Assembly (NCBI GenBank): GCA_030141605.1
Contig: JAQGDQ010000506.1
Span: forward strand, 95,983-159,982
Direction: 5' to 3'
From: Tubiluchus corallicola
Taxonomy: Eukaryota; Animalia; Priapulida
DNA: 64,000 bases
Made by a program: the position numbers and the translations under genes. Position 1 is the stretch's first letter. Each line of letters starts with the position of its first letter. The notes under the pieces were generated by a model. That model was not told where the DNA came from and did not search any database. It saw nothing but the letters and a program-made list of their open reading frames with translations. Positions 40,616-55,050 of the stretch are shown piece by piece.

Positions 40616-41059
40616 TATAGGTTTTACACGTCAAATGTAGACCTGCGTTAACTCAAATGTAGATTTAGGTAAATCAAAAGTGTCTTGGCAACTCAAATGT
40701 AGGCTTTGGTAGTTCAAATATGTTAACAATGGTTTTCAAGAAATCTTAAGCGTTTTTGGTAAGTCAACTGTAGACACATGTCAAGTCAAATGTGACATTG
40801 GTATCTCAAATGTGGATAAGTGTTAAAGTTTAAGGATGTTAAATTTAATCTTCTTTAATTTCAATGTAATAGTTGCTCCTAAGTTAAAATAACAACGTTA
40901 TAGGCCTACTTATAGATGCACTATCTTTGGTTTATCTTTTTTCTAATTTGCACTTAAATAACTTAATTACCGATTTATTCAAAGTATCGCATCTACATTT
41001 GACTTACCTAAGTCACATTTGAACTTTCCCGTGCCTACATTTGTCGTGTAAAACCTATA
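40616..41059. mobile_element. MITE with TA-rich ends and internal ~22-bp TCAAATGT subrepeats
   Basis: TATAGGTTTTACACGTCAAATGTAG ... CTACATTTGTCGTGTAAAACCTATA; partial inverted copy at 59345..59634. Confidence 0.8.
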
Positions 41060-41699
41060 TAATATGGAACTGTATTATTATGCATGAATATATTGGGGTC
41101 GAATATACATAGAACGTTGATTTTAAGTAGTTCGGCATAGAATATTAAAGATTTGCTAAATTTATAAAATTAAAACAGATTTTATTTTAATTGTACCACC
41201 CGTTGCAAGTTTTATTTCTGAATTTAGATGTTGAACATTGATAGACCAGAATTAATAATCAGTTTATATCAGTTTAATTAATTAATGACTGACCCTAACG
41301 GTTAATTAGTTGAAGGAGAAAGGCCCCGAAAAACTATGAATCAGCCATGATTCCTACCCAGAACCTTCAGGTTGCAGGGCGGATCATCTCCTTGTTAATA
41401 AACCTAGCGGCTTATATCAGTCATAGTCAACTATAGTCAAATAGACTATTATTCTCTAAAAATAGGGTACTTGCTAACCTTTGGCTTTGGTGAAACGTAA
41501 ACGCCCCATTCTATTCAAGGTTCATTCAGAGTTTTCAGTTTATTGTAGTGTCTTTACGTTCTTGCGTCTCTTCTGGTGCTTGCGTCAGTTAGAAACGGCG
41601 AGAAAGGCTACTGTTTAGTAAAATTTGGTTGCTTCTGTCTGTTGCTTTGACTTTCTTAATTACGTTTATGAGCAGCATCTTCTAAAGCATCTTCTAAAG

Positions 41700-42146
41700 C
41701 AGGGGTGTGCAAATTATCTGACTAGCCGGGCCACATTAAACTTTCCCGCAATTCCTGCGAGCCACAGGCAGCTTGATCAAGTACAGAAAGGCCTAATAAT
41801 GATTTTTTTTTGCATCCGACCTGCGTATATCATTACTACTACACTCAAGAAACTATTTTAGAAGTTATTAAAATTTATATTACAAACCATATATTTCTAC
41901 TTTCAGGACAGATAGTGGTAATTTCATTACAATGCATATTAGTAATCTGTATCACACAGTCTGTGTAGTACAGTGACATTAAGCTACAACCGCCTTGTAA
42001 TGGTTAATGGCATCCATTCTTGTAGAAAAAACTACCCGCACTATCTTTGGGATCGTGGCACGGACTTCAGCTGGATACACTCAATTAATCGCCCGGGCCG
42101 CACTTTCATTAGGTTGACAAATCTCTTTGCGGGCCGCACAAATTCT
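41700..42146 (+). mobile_element. hAT-like MITE, right end truncated
   Basis: Starts CAGGGGTGTGCAAATT and is colinear with the complete copy at 55051..55533. Confidence 0.85.
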
Positions 42147-42375
42147 GGTGTTCAGTTTTGTCTGAACCTCTTGCGACACATACTATAGAAATGATCCTTA
42201 AAAGTATGAACCATTTCCTCCTTTATGAGCAACTTTTGTCAACGAATCGACAGACTAACGAATTAAAATGCTAAGAGGCCGTTGCTACCAACATGCGTGA
42301 GAAAACCAATACTTATGATGTCATTTAAGACGTCATACTTTACATTAGCGTATGGAAGAAAGATCACTGGATATC

Positions 42376-42902
42376 GTTGGCATCTTTCTGTCTCGGAAGA
42401 CAATGGAGTGTGCGCCAAGAGAGTCAGTCATTGATCACATTGATGGAGCTGCAGCGTCGACTGTGGCTGAGCAGTCCGATCCTTGAACCACTGGAGTGGC
42501 CTCTCCAGGGCGCACGCATGGGCAAGGTGTATGGAGATCCTGAGTTACCCAGACAACAGGAACCCCCTGTCTTCCTCCCTGGTGTAGTCCAAAGGAAAGC
42601 GGAGCGATACATTTGGCACCAGGTTGGCTGCAGGGGCTGCTGGAGTCAGTGAGCATGCTGCACTGGTCCGCCTTCGGAGCTCCACTCCTGATTTGGAAGG
42701 TTTACTCCTCTACACATGGCCGTTGGGTCACTTGACCTCCTCCGCCCTCTAACCGTTGGTTGCTTGTGCAGCTCCTCCGCCTAGTGTCGAGATACAGTGT
42801 GGACATCCCGCAAGCCTACACCACCTGGTATTCCTAGGCGGTCACCCATCCAAGTACTAACCAGGCTCTCCGTATCTTAACTCCGGTGTTTTCAACGTGA
42901 CT
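42376..42902 (-). mobile_element. 5S rRNA-derived SINE
   Basis: 10-bp TSD ACTGGATATC (42366-42375, 42903-42912); small deletion in the 5S head. Confidence 0.92.
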
Positions 42903-43269
42903 ACTGGATATCAACGCGTGATTTTAACGAACAGCAAAATGAACGCTCTCTTAATCTTGATATTGATAATCATACAAACATTGCGCAGTAATTTGGCTAA
43001 TTAATTGATTTTGTTGTTTTCAAATTGACAGCTAGTGTGTAAGCTACTAAACAACGCCCGACTTCTAAAGCATATCAGCCGTTCAGTGAATGTAATATTA
43101 TAGTACAATACTAGCTGAATTGCTGCTCTAGTTGTACTGACGCTAATGTTTGGTGTGAGTAGATTTTTTGTGGCTCACATTTCTATTATTAACCATTTTT
43201 GTGATGCTCTAGATATTTTTGAAATAAATGCTGCCATATTTGAAAAATGTTAATCAAAACTTGTGTGGG

Positions 43270-43638
43270 TGTTGTGGAGATCGCTGGCATCTGTTAGAAT
43301 TAAATAGAACATTGTAGAATGTTCCGTTAGAATAATCGTCTGACCGTGTGGAATGTTCTGGAAAGAAACTTCTAGAAGCTTCTCGGGCACGCTATATAAG
43401 GCGAAGCAGGCCGCTGAGAGAGACACACAGATTCACACGGATGCCACTTACACATTCTCTTGTATACTTGTATTTTCAGATACACGCAAACGTTTTCCAG
43501 ATTTTCACGTTTAGTGTAAACATTTCGTGTTCGTCCATACTTTTGTGTTGTAGAATTCTCGCTTAATAAACTAGTTTAATTTGATGAAGTGTTTTCTGGT
43601 TTTCTCTGCGAGCCTTCCGAGAGAAACAAAACACAACA
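43270..43638 (+). mobile_element. Solo LTR (369 bp)
   Basis: TGTTGTG...CACAACA termini, internal TATATAA and AATAAA, 5-bp TSD GTGGG; sister copy at 56115..56483. Confidence 0.9.
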
Positions 43639-44099
43639 GTGGGCTTCTTCAACTTCGTTCATTTTAAAAACTACACGCATAGTAAAAGTAGAAAATAAGA
43701 AACTGCAAAGACATTTGACTGGTATGTCCCCAAGGGTAAAAAATGACCATGCCCAAACGTCACCTCCTTGATATTAACTAAATGCCATTTAGAGTCTTTG
43801 GAAGGGATTTTGTAAAGTCGCGCAAACACACGTGTATGAGATGTGTATATGTTTATGCCTATCCTATATGTAGCTGTCCTTCCTGATACTGACCTTCCTA
43901 ATGGTCCTGATAGGCAGATTATAAAATCGGGAACCTTTAAGCGGAACAGGAAGAAGATGTCAGAAAACATTGTGAACTCATCCATCACCGTCCCGGAAAC
44001 GGATACATCTTGATGGTTCGAAGGAAAAATGACGCATTGATTTTTTGGCGTATCAAAGTCTGTTTGGATATCTCTAGAGGTATCAAAGTTATTTGATAA

Positions 44100-44398
44100 C
44101 CCTGCACCAGGAGCAAAAAGCTGGCATTCTCTTCGGAAATTATAATAACAATCAATTACTAATCAACAAACGATTGGTTTTGTATGTCCGAAAACTAGGA
44201 CCCCGCACCAGGAGCAAAAAGCTGGCATTTTCTTCGGAAATTATAATAACAATCAATTACTAATCAACAAACGATTGGTTTTGTATGTCCGAAAACTAGG
44301 ACCCCGCACCAGGAGCAAAAAGCTGGCATTTTCTTCGGAAATTATAATAACAATCAATTACTAATCAACAAATGACTGTTTTTTATGTCCGAAAACTG
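44100..44398. repeat. 101-bp tandem repeat, 3 copies
   Basis: GCACCAGGAGCAAAAAGCTGGC at 44104, 44205 and 44306. Confidence 0.9.
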
Positions 44399-46339
44399 AG
44401 GTTGTATGTGGAGCGAGACTATTTAATACTGGAAGAAAATTAAACTGAGCAAGTATAAAAAAACAGATTTACCTCTGATCAGCAAATGACTGTTTTGTGC
44501 AAAAAATTTTTGGCAAAAAATTTGCGTATCAAGAAGTCATAATAAAGAAGCTATCTTCAGAGAGTGATATTCCACATTTATGATCATAAATTTAAACTGT
44601 AAATTTTGCTTAGGGCTTGACGGGTTTACAAAATGTAATTAAATCCTCTTTGTGGAAAGAAAGACATACATGCACCTGAAATTGCCTAAGCCACATCTGT
44701 TAGTTCAGTGTCCCACCTTAAACGCCTGATCTTGATTTTGGACTAGGATTACATTTCACCATAAACATTAATAATTAATATATAGACCAAGCTAAATGTT
44801 AGATTCGTGCTTGGATGAAAAGACATAATTTTAACGAATTTGCAAACAATTATGAACTAAATTTCATTATCTGTGTTCTACCTATCTGTGTATCCGAAAC
44901 GAAGTTAAATTCTTCTAAACCCATAGTTGTTGATACACTTTTGATCTCGTTGGTACCGTTGTCATTACCGCCGTCGGTAAATCGCATATATCTTTCCCGA
45001 AGACAACTTTCATTTTGTCTAAGTATTGTCGAAAATAACATATTTTTAAGTAAAATATGGTTTCATGATTTTATTCCATGTGTCTGTTGAATTAATCTAA
45101 ATTTGAGTTAAAGGCCAGGCGGTACGACTGACTTGGTTTAACTGCACTGGCATTTGAAGACAAAGCTAAGTGTTGGCTATATTGTAATTTAGTAAGGATA
45201 GCTAACTGCCTTAATGTAAGTTTATTTACACGAAGAACTTATGGCAAAAATTTTAAATTAGTGATGTCAACGACATTGTCTTCATTGAGCAGAAAGAGTT
45301 TTTATATGTGTGAGCAGAAAGACAAGAACATTTATAGAATTTGCTATGAAATAGTAATTGGAAAATTTACAGAATTATTTGTATTATAGTCAGCACAATT
45401 GAGGAAAAGATACCTAGCTAGTTCACGTAGTTGCTGTTTTGCGACCTGTAAGGAGACTTCACTTCATTATGTTGTTTATCGTTTGGAACTGTCTCGTAAT
45501 GTCGATAGCAAATGGAAAATACTATAATCTGCTATTTTAATTTCAGTTGTGGTTAATGTTAAAGCACAGGTTTTGTCCAAATTCTGTCCATATCGTTACA
45601 GTCTATTAATGGTCAGCCCCTGGTGTACGAAAATTCACTCTATGCGTAACAAATCGCAATCATATAGCATAAAAAGAAAATGATTCACTTATGTAATTGT
45701 CTATTTATCAGTTGATGTTCCATGAACTAAAATAATTGTTTGGTTAAAAATGCAATTGATCAAAAGCAAAGGAACTAGATAATTCTTGAATGTGATACCT
45801 AAAGATACCTATACATAACTATGTATATGTATAGTAGTCATTTCAAGTTATTTCCAAACTTTTTCAATAATCCAACACTAACACTAGGTATAACGAATAC
45901 ACTATTAAATTTTCAAGAACTAATGTTGTTAAACGCTTTATTTCCACTAATCGCCCTATAACTTGGAATAAATTACCTGAATATATCGAAACTTCTGTGT
46001 CAATTCATAAACTAAAAAAAATCTTAAATCACACATATTTGCCACATATTCCGAATGATCACTTTGAATGTGTGGATGTATAATGTATATACCAACATTA
46101 CTTCAGAGCATGTACATGCAAACATTCACTACTGTCAATTCACCTTATAAAACTATATAATATAATTGGCAATCAATTATGCCTCTTTTTATTTTATTCT
46201 TATTTTGGTTGTATTTATGCTTCGGAAATATTATCATGACTTAATCACCATCATAACATCATCGTACTAACATTTGTCATTCATGTATTCCTCATCAACA
46301 TGCTGAATTTCTACCTTTTGCACTTTGTCTCATTCTAGA

Positions 46340-46981
<642 letters not shown>

Positions 46982-48777
46982 TCATTTAATGCACTTCTGT
47001 TTTTCTTTCTCAAACTTCAAATTTACCATTAATCTGGGCAGCACGAACATGGGTTTTTCTTCCTGGTGTTGTCCAGAGGCATACCAATACAACTTATGGA
47101 TTAATGTTTTTCTTTAACTGTGTGTTAATTTAATGTTTTCTATGTAAATTATCGTTGCATGTTAATGGTAAATCTAGCAATAGATTCAATTCTAAATTCT
47201 ATTCTATTCTAATGTCGGTCAGCGAGTTTTACATTTTGCTAAAACCCATTAAACTACCTGGATGTTGCTGTTTCCTTCATTGTCAATACTGACAAATCAC
47301 ATATTTAGCCTGGTCTGTTCACCATTGCCTAGCACTTCGTCTTCTGGCAGCCGAATGATCAAGAACGTACAAGCTCGCTCAGTGAGTATGTTTATTCCTA
47401 ACTGTATTAACGTATTTTTTTTAATTTGCGCTCAAACAGACATGACTCATTAATTTTTCACAGGATCCTCTTCAGAAATGGTTTATTTTGTAAGTTACTT
47501 CTTCTCTGATACATTCATGCCACACTTCATAAAGTGCAGTATTTATTTGTTTGTTTATTAACTACCTGAAGGCTTTAGGCTAATGCAGGACAATTGAACT
47601 TATGTGTCCGGAAATATTTTTTACCGGAATTAATTGTTTAGGAAAATAACATTGATTTTTCGGTCATTAGAGCCAAAATGTAACAATAACACGATATTAA
47701 TCGTTTTAGAAACATGGGAAGAAAACCATTATCGAATCGGCTGGTAAAAAAGCTGCAAATATAAAAAAAGCTAAAGAATAAGAGAGAAAAACTTATATGA
47801 TTAAATGCAATCAGTACATATGATTCACAAATGAACAACACGAAAAACCTGTCTGTGAGGGGATTAGCGCTTGCCTATTCTATTTTACAGTATTTCTCTC
47901 ATCTCACCGCTGCTAAATCTCGATGTTACTAACCATAAAATGTCATAACCATTAATTGCGTCTGACATTAAACTATTTACTGAAATAACGAAGCATTTAG
48001 TTATCATTCTATGCATCTGCCACCTTTTTTGTACTTGCTGATTTTTAACAGCATAGCTTTAGTTAATCAGACAGTATTCCAAGAAAATTGTGAAAGTATA
48101 AAGAGAAACATGGAAAAGGTAATTTTTGCCGACATCTGGCAATTTTAATTTCCGTACCGCTTAAAAACCATGCAGGCGGTAAAACAGATGGACAGACAAA
48201 CGACACAACTAAAGGTCACGCCCACAGGCCTCGTGTCTCGTTTAGGAAGAGCATTTTCGAGTTTTTTATTATCTATTATTGATTCACTTGAATTTTCTGC
48301 GAATTCTGCTCAATTTTTTCCTCTGTCAAATAATGGTGGTCATAATGATAAACTACTGCTTCTTCTACTCCAGTCCTGCTGTTTATATTTTTGTGGGAGA
48401 GTGTATGTTTGTGGGTAAAACACTTCTACTGTTAGTTCGATCTCTCATTTCACACGATTTGCTTGTTAATTTGTTAGAGCAAAACCGGACCCAATCTAAA
48501 ACTGTAGGTCAAAACAATCTACTCTTTAAAATATTGAAAGGAAACATACTATTTTTTCCAGAATGACTTACGTGAAAGAATCATTACCACGCGAACACAC
48601 TTTCACGTTCGCGCCACTAGTTTTTCGCTGTTACATGCATTTCACCATTCGGTGGTTAGACGGGCATTAGCGCCTGCATTTCGGAATGTATTGGACAAAA
48701 AATAGGTGCTGCACCTCTCAGTTCAGATATCTTCGCTTGTGACGAACTGCACACTTTCAACAGCTCATGCGTGGGCA

Positions 48778-49020
48778 CAGCAGTAAACTTTGAAACCCGA
48801 ATTTTTATTTTAAAACATGCCTAGTTTTAATACTACATACTGCATATCTTGCAGTAGCACTATTTTTCAATTTACGCTTTCACAAACACCTGCAACACGC
48901 TCTTCGGAATATTTTTGCTGTTGAAAATTATGACAGTTTGTGGTGTCATCAATAGTTGGGCTCGTCCGACTTTAATTAAGATTTTAATCTAGTAATTAAT
49001 TATCAGAAACGCTTTTGCAG
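48778..49020. repeat. Dispersed ~240-bp repeat with an inverted copy at 54221..54463
   Basis: TTTTAAAACATGCCTAGTTTTAATACTAC and CAATTTACGCTTTCACAAACACCTG occur as reverse complements in the second copy. Confidence 0.8.
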
Positions 49021-49359
49021 TATTAATTATGTTGAAATGTATACTTTTTGCCGGACTTCAAAATGGGATGGTATTTCAAAAATCATCCTGTTTTCCTTAA
49101 AATCCCGGTTCTGCTATTAGCAGCAATATTTGTAGACATTAAGTTAAAGGACGGATAGCGATTTGCCGTTTGAAAAGTTGAATAACTGATTATTGGTTGT
49201 TTAATTTCGAAATATAATACCAGCACTTTATTCCCTGGAACTGAAAGGTGGTTCCTGCATCCCCGTCAGCTATTTGTCAACTGAAAAAACAACGACGTTG
49301 ATGTATAAACCGCTTAATACATGGTAGCAAAACGATAAAGATATCAATCAGTTTATGTC

Positions 49360-50204
49360 GGTGCGCGGTAAAAGTGGCACAGGAAAAAATGCATATCACA
49401 AGTATTTTAATTGCTTTCTTATTATTGAAAGTATCTGTGTCAGAGCAATGCATGTACGATTTTTACCTACTTTTCCATTTATCCCATTTTTCTATGCCAT
49501 TTTTACCTACTTTTCCATTTATCCCATTTTTCTATGCCATTTTTACCTACTTTTCCATTTATCCCATTTTTCTATGCCATTTTTACCTACTTTTCCATTT
49601 ATCCCATTTTTCTATGCCATTTTTACCTACTTTTCCATTTATCCCATTTTTCTATGCCATTTTTACCTACTTTTCCATTTATCCCATTTTTCTATGCCAT
49701 TTTTACCTACTTTTCCATTTATCCCATTTTTCTATGCCATTTTTACCTATTTTTCCATTTATCCCATTTTTCTATGCCATTTTTACCTACTTTTCCATTT
49801 ATCCCATTTTTCTATGCCATTTTGACCTATTTTTCCATTTATCCCATTTTTCTATGCCATTTTTATCTACTTTTCCATTTGTCTCACTTTTCCTGTGCCA
49901 TTTTTATTGTGCCATTTTTCCTTTGTCATTTTTTCCTACTTTTCCATTTGTGCCATTTTTACTGTGGCATTTTTCCTAGTTTTTCTTTTGTGCCATTTTT
50001 TCTATGCCATTTTACCTACATTTTCCATTTGTGCCATTTTTCCTTTGTCATTTTTTCCTACTTTTCCATTTGTGCCATTTTTTTCTATGCCATTTTACCT
50101 ACTTTTCCATTTGTCCCATTTTTCCTGTGCTATTTTTACCGTGCTATTTTCTGTGTGCCATTTTTTCATATGTCATTTTTCCTGTGCCGTTTTTACCTAC
50201 ATTC
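49360..50204. mobile_element. Non-autonomous Mutator/foldback-like element containing a 40-bp array (49460-49880, ~10 copies)
   Basis: Exact 9-bp TSD GTTTATGTC (49351-49359, 50205-50213); imperfect TIR GGTAAAAnnGGCACAGGAA; right arm built from TGCCATTTTT subrepeats. Confidence 0.8.
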
Positions 50205-50766
50205 GTTTATGTCATGGTATTCGCCAAAAAAATAAGGCATTGACAAAGATTTGTTACCAAGAAAAAGTGGGACTCAATCCTCTGAATTACAGTATCTGCA
50301 ATTCTTTTTAAGAGAAAGTAAACAATGGCCACGCAGAGCCGTTTGATGCAAAAAAAACTAAAGATAAAATCTTTTGATAAGGTGGGTTCAAATTCACCTT
50401 AAAGAATTGAGAAAATGTGTCAGCTATTGATTGAAACGCTTTAGTCAAATTTGCAGTGTAAACGATAGACGCATAGAGCTGTGGCTGTAAATTTTAACAA
50501 AAATGATGAAAGACAAAAAATGTTTCCGCATCTTCATTTTTGACATGTTAACTTAAAACTTCTGTATTTTTGGACAAATTTAAGGGAATGACTTAAAATT
50601 TTTGACATTTATACTTAAGTGCCTGTAATATCAATGCGGCAATTTTCAAGCAGTTCCACTGTTTTGTTCTTATAATATCGTGATGAAAACTTCGGTACAT
50701 TTTTCTATGCCAACCTGTGTATATTTGTTAAAACGACAAATAATTCTTTTCTATAGAATTTAGACA

Positions 50767-51937
50767 ATGAAATCGTCACTGACTGCAATGTTGCTGGCTG
50801 TACTGGTCTGTACACTGTTTTCACTGGTCTATGGGCAAAGTGCTTCAAGAAGCAGCTCTGTGGGTAATAGTATCTGCTGTGCGCCGTTGAGCGACCTACT
50901 TGGAGACAACGGGCAACTGATATACCCCGACAACATCAAAAATCCGTCAAAAAATGTGTCAATCTACAACCCTCACAAACGTAAGTTCTTGTTAGAGTAC
51001 TCAAACGTACAAGGCGGTCCAAAAATGGTCCGGGTGCAGAATCAGAAATGACAGGGTGAGCCACAAGATCGATCCTGGATGGATGCCTTGTTATAGATTA
51101 ATCAGCAAACAGTAATCCCTTTAATTCAGCTAGTTGGTAGGCGGAGAATAATTACAAAAGCCAAGGTGGGTCACGGGTCATGAGTTGTGGAATGAAATTC
51201 TGTTGACTAAATACTCGTATCTCTAAGGTAAAAATATAGTTTTTCGAAGCATGCTTGTTTGTTCCTAACGAAAATTAAAATCTAAAAAATTGGAAGTATA
51301 TATCGACTAGTATTGAAACTATTTCTCAGAAATTCTTTCTTGCACCAATTACCAACTATGAGGTTAAAGAAACCATCTCAGGACCTCAAACAGTAGTACA
51401 GAAGTAGTACAGAAAGAGAGATACAGCGTTTATTAGAACACTGGAAGCCGGCTGTCTTTTGAAGAAGTTCAGTGAGAAAGTATGATTTGCAACGATGCAA
51501 TCAGAAAAGTTAGAATCAGGCCAGGTTAGAGTAGCTATTTCTGCCAGGCTTTGAAAAGCAGCCCTGTATGAGTTTCAAAGAAATTGTTATCTATCAATTT
51601 TGCAGAACGGTGATTGATTCAAACACAAACGGACCAGCACGGGCGGGGGGGACGAATATCTTCAGTGATGAACGGCGAACAGGGTGCCCGGCAATGACGT
51701 TTGGGTACTACATCCAGCGGCCAATTTGTGCGACATCTTGTAATGGTCACCTTGTCGTCATTTTTCCTAGACAATATCTCTACGCCAGTGTGTGTAGAAC
51801 GTAAGTTTGTGTAACGATGATATTGTATGCGAAACATCTGTGCACAACCGAAACACCATTGTGTTGTCGTCATTCTCTCTTTTATTCTCTCTCTCTTTTT
51901 TCTCTCTCTCTCCCTCTCTCTCTCCCTCTCTCACACA

Positions 51938-51985
<48 letters not shown>

Positions 51986-52476
51986 TAAGCTTTCTTTCTC
52001 CTACTCCTTCCCTATCTCTGCCTCTTTCTTTCTCTCACTCTCGCTCCTTCTTCCATCCTGTCTACTTTGTTCTACTCTAATTTGTAGCATACTTGAAATA
52101 AATTAAAATTATTGTACACCACAATTATTGCCTACTGCGCAATAACAACGACGATGACGACAATGATGACAATGACAACCATAACAATGATGACAATGAC
52201 GATGAAAACTACAGCCACAGTAACAACGACGACGACGACTACAGCAGCAGTAACAACAGTACCCACAATAATAATTACCCCATTATTATAAAATGAAATA
52301 TAAATAAATTCTATCATTTCAGCCCTGGAGCAAGCTGTGTTCATACCAAGCATTGCCATGGTCGCTGCATTCAGGTCTATGGAGAAAGACGTCTGTATGG
52401 TTTCGACCTCACTACAAATCGAGTTGACTATTATGGCTTCAAATATCCCTGGTTCTGCCCCTGCAATGTCAATTAG
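50767..52476 (+). CDS. Secreted cystine-knot protein, Spaetzle/neurotrophin-like; join(50767..50980,51548..51800,52323..52476), ~206 aa
   Basis: Signal peptide MKSSLTAMLLAVLVCTLFSLVYG; two GTAAGT donors (50981, 51801). The phase-2 join gives RR|TGCPAM...RPICATSCNGHLVVIFPRQYLYASVCRTPGASCVHTKHCHGRCIQVYGERRLYGFDLTTNRVDYYGFKYPWFCPCNVN*. The exon-2 acceptor is uncertain (51547 keeps frame, 51605 does not). Confidence 0.75.
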
Positions 52477-52626
52477 CCAGCAACAACATTGAAAAACATT
52501 GAAAAGGAAAAGTGGCTAATTCTTTATTACAATATTGAAGAAATGTTCACTTATAATTTTAGATTTTAGAACACTCATGTTATTCGAAAATTGCTAATGT
52601 AATAACATGCAAATTAGTAGTAAGAA

Positions 52627-52678
<52 letters not shown>

Positions 52679-55050
52679 TGTAACATATAGATAAATTAAA
52701 ATTGCTCTCTGTAGTCTTTGCTTTTATTGCAAAGGCCAGTAATTTCTCTAACGATTATAAAGCTTTAATCAATTCAAGTTTAATGCAATATAAATTCTGC
52801 ATTGTCACTTACGGTTTGTTATTATAGAAAACATTGTGTAAAACTTACTTTTTGCTTAATAAAATTACTTCACTTACTATGCACTATATATTATATGCTT
52901 GTAGTTTTTCTTTTTAAATGAAGAGTTTAATTTTACAGCAGCAAACAGCGGTCAGTGATGCGTGGACATAGCGGTCAGTCAACCACTCAACTGATGAATC
53001 CACTAAAAACTGATTGACCAACCGACCGACTACCAACAACAATCAACAAAGCAAAGAACTAACCAACCAACCGACCAAACTACCAATCAACTGACAAAAC
53101 CAAGCACTTTGCACACCTACCAACCAACCAAATTAAGCAACCAACCAATCAACCAGCCAGCATCCAACCAACCAATCAGCCAACTAACGAACCAAACAAC
53201 CAGCCATAAGCCAAGCTATCAAACAACCAACCAACAAATCAGCCAACACACCAGGTATATTGATTATCCTTGATATTGAGCTAAATTCTGGTCTCGCCAC
53301 AAGCATTCATATTAAGTGCACTCCCTCGCTGAGCGCTACCTGTTGGCTTACAGTCTGTCGAATTGTATAAAAAACTGCTAGATTAACATCACGCATAAAG
53401 CAATGACTTCAAAATCTGATTTCACTTTCGCTATTGTTATTATTTTTATTTTAAGATAGGGGATGTTTCCCACAAAACATTTGAATAGGAAGAAAAGGAA
53501 ATTTAAAAAGTATTTCTCAAAAAACTTTCCTGATAAAGTTGTATTACTTAGCATTTCGCTTGTCTGTTTGACAGACTTATGAAACAGAAACAGAAAATTC
53601 TTAGCAATTAAAATGTTCACGCCAGCTATTGAACATTACTGTATACACCAAAAGACGTCACTGGTTCACCAAAACAATTACCCACCAAACGTTAATCATA
53701 CTGAGAAGATAAAGTAATATAAACTTTTGCTTAGTTAGCGAAGTGTTTGCTGCGAATGCTCTGATTTTTTTTTCAAACTTTTCAACAGTCATCGCGGGTG
53801 TTTAAATTTACCAGTTTACAAACTACAGAGCTTTGCGTTACTGCCAATGCAAGCTCTGTAGTCAATAGCGTGTAGATGATACAAGATTTCAAAACGAATT
53901 TAATAGCGTCTTTTGTGCTTTGAAATAAATACAAGCTTTTCCACTGGACTTTGTCGCATCTGTATTATTTTTCTAGTTTTGCTATTTGTACAGCTCCACA
54001 CACGGCAAGCCGTTGCGTTGCTTGCGGCGGTACTGGAACATCATGAATATTCAACGACTTCTAAGATGAATCGCTATAAACCGACAGAGATTGAAGATTT
54101 TACGTTAAATGCGTTAAAGGAACTCAGGATGATTTCCTATACTATCCTATATTCATATACTATCCCATTTTCAACTACGGTAAAAAGTATACATTTTAAC
54201 ACAATTAATTAACACAAACGCTGGAAAAGCGTTTCTGATAATTAAATAATAGATTAAAAACTTAATTAACGACAGGCGAGCCCAACTATCGATGACGTCA
54301 CAAACTAACATAATCTTCAACAGTAAACCTATTCCATGAGCGTGTTACAGGTGTTTGTGAAAGCGTAAATTGAAGAATAGTGCTACTGTAAGATATTCAG
54401 TATGGTAGTATTAAAACTAGGCATGTTTTAAAATAAAAATTCGACTTTTGAAGTCTACTGCTGTATTACTTTCATGTAATCGCATTATTTTTATCACTAC
54501 TTTTCAAAACCGTACCTTAGATATAAAACCTCTATTTTGTGTCTTTACCGTGAACGTTTATGGTGTGTTTTTATGGGTGCAATCTTTAGCGTTAATAGCA
54601 TCAAAACAGCTTTCAACAAATCAATATATGACACGTGCTATTTGTCCGGAATTGAATTTATCACATTTTAAAATTCTAAAAACAGATTGTTCTTATTAGC
54701 TAACGAAACGAATCACTCATAGTGAAGATGGGATTAGTGTATGTTTGACTATTGTACTTAAAAATCTTCTTACAATATCTTTTTCAGTTATAGTCGATGA
54801 AATATCTAAGTGTCATTTGTTTTATTCGTGTATCAATTGTCGAAAGCGGTGCCTAATTTGCCCCGTTGAAGACGATGTTAACAACTTCCCAATCCAGTTT
54901 TAGGGAGATTGTCAACAGGTAGTGACATGCCCTATTGTTTCAACCAACCATGTACCACTTGCGTCTAGGATACTGTAATGCGTAATAGTAATTTAGTTTG
55001 AATTTTACTGTTTCAGTATCGGCACATGAGATTATTAAAATGATATAGTC

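Noticed and set aside
44815-45090. ORF containing ICVSETKLNSS, resembling a LINE APE endonuclease motif
   Set aside because: Single short motif with no other APE or RT motifs nearby.
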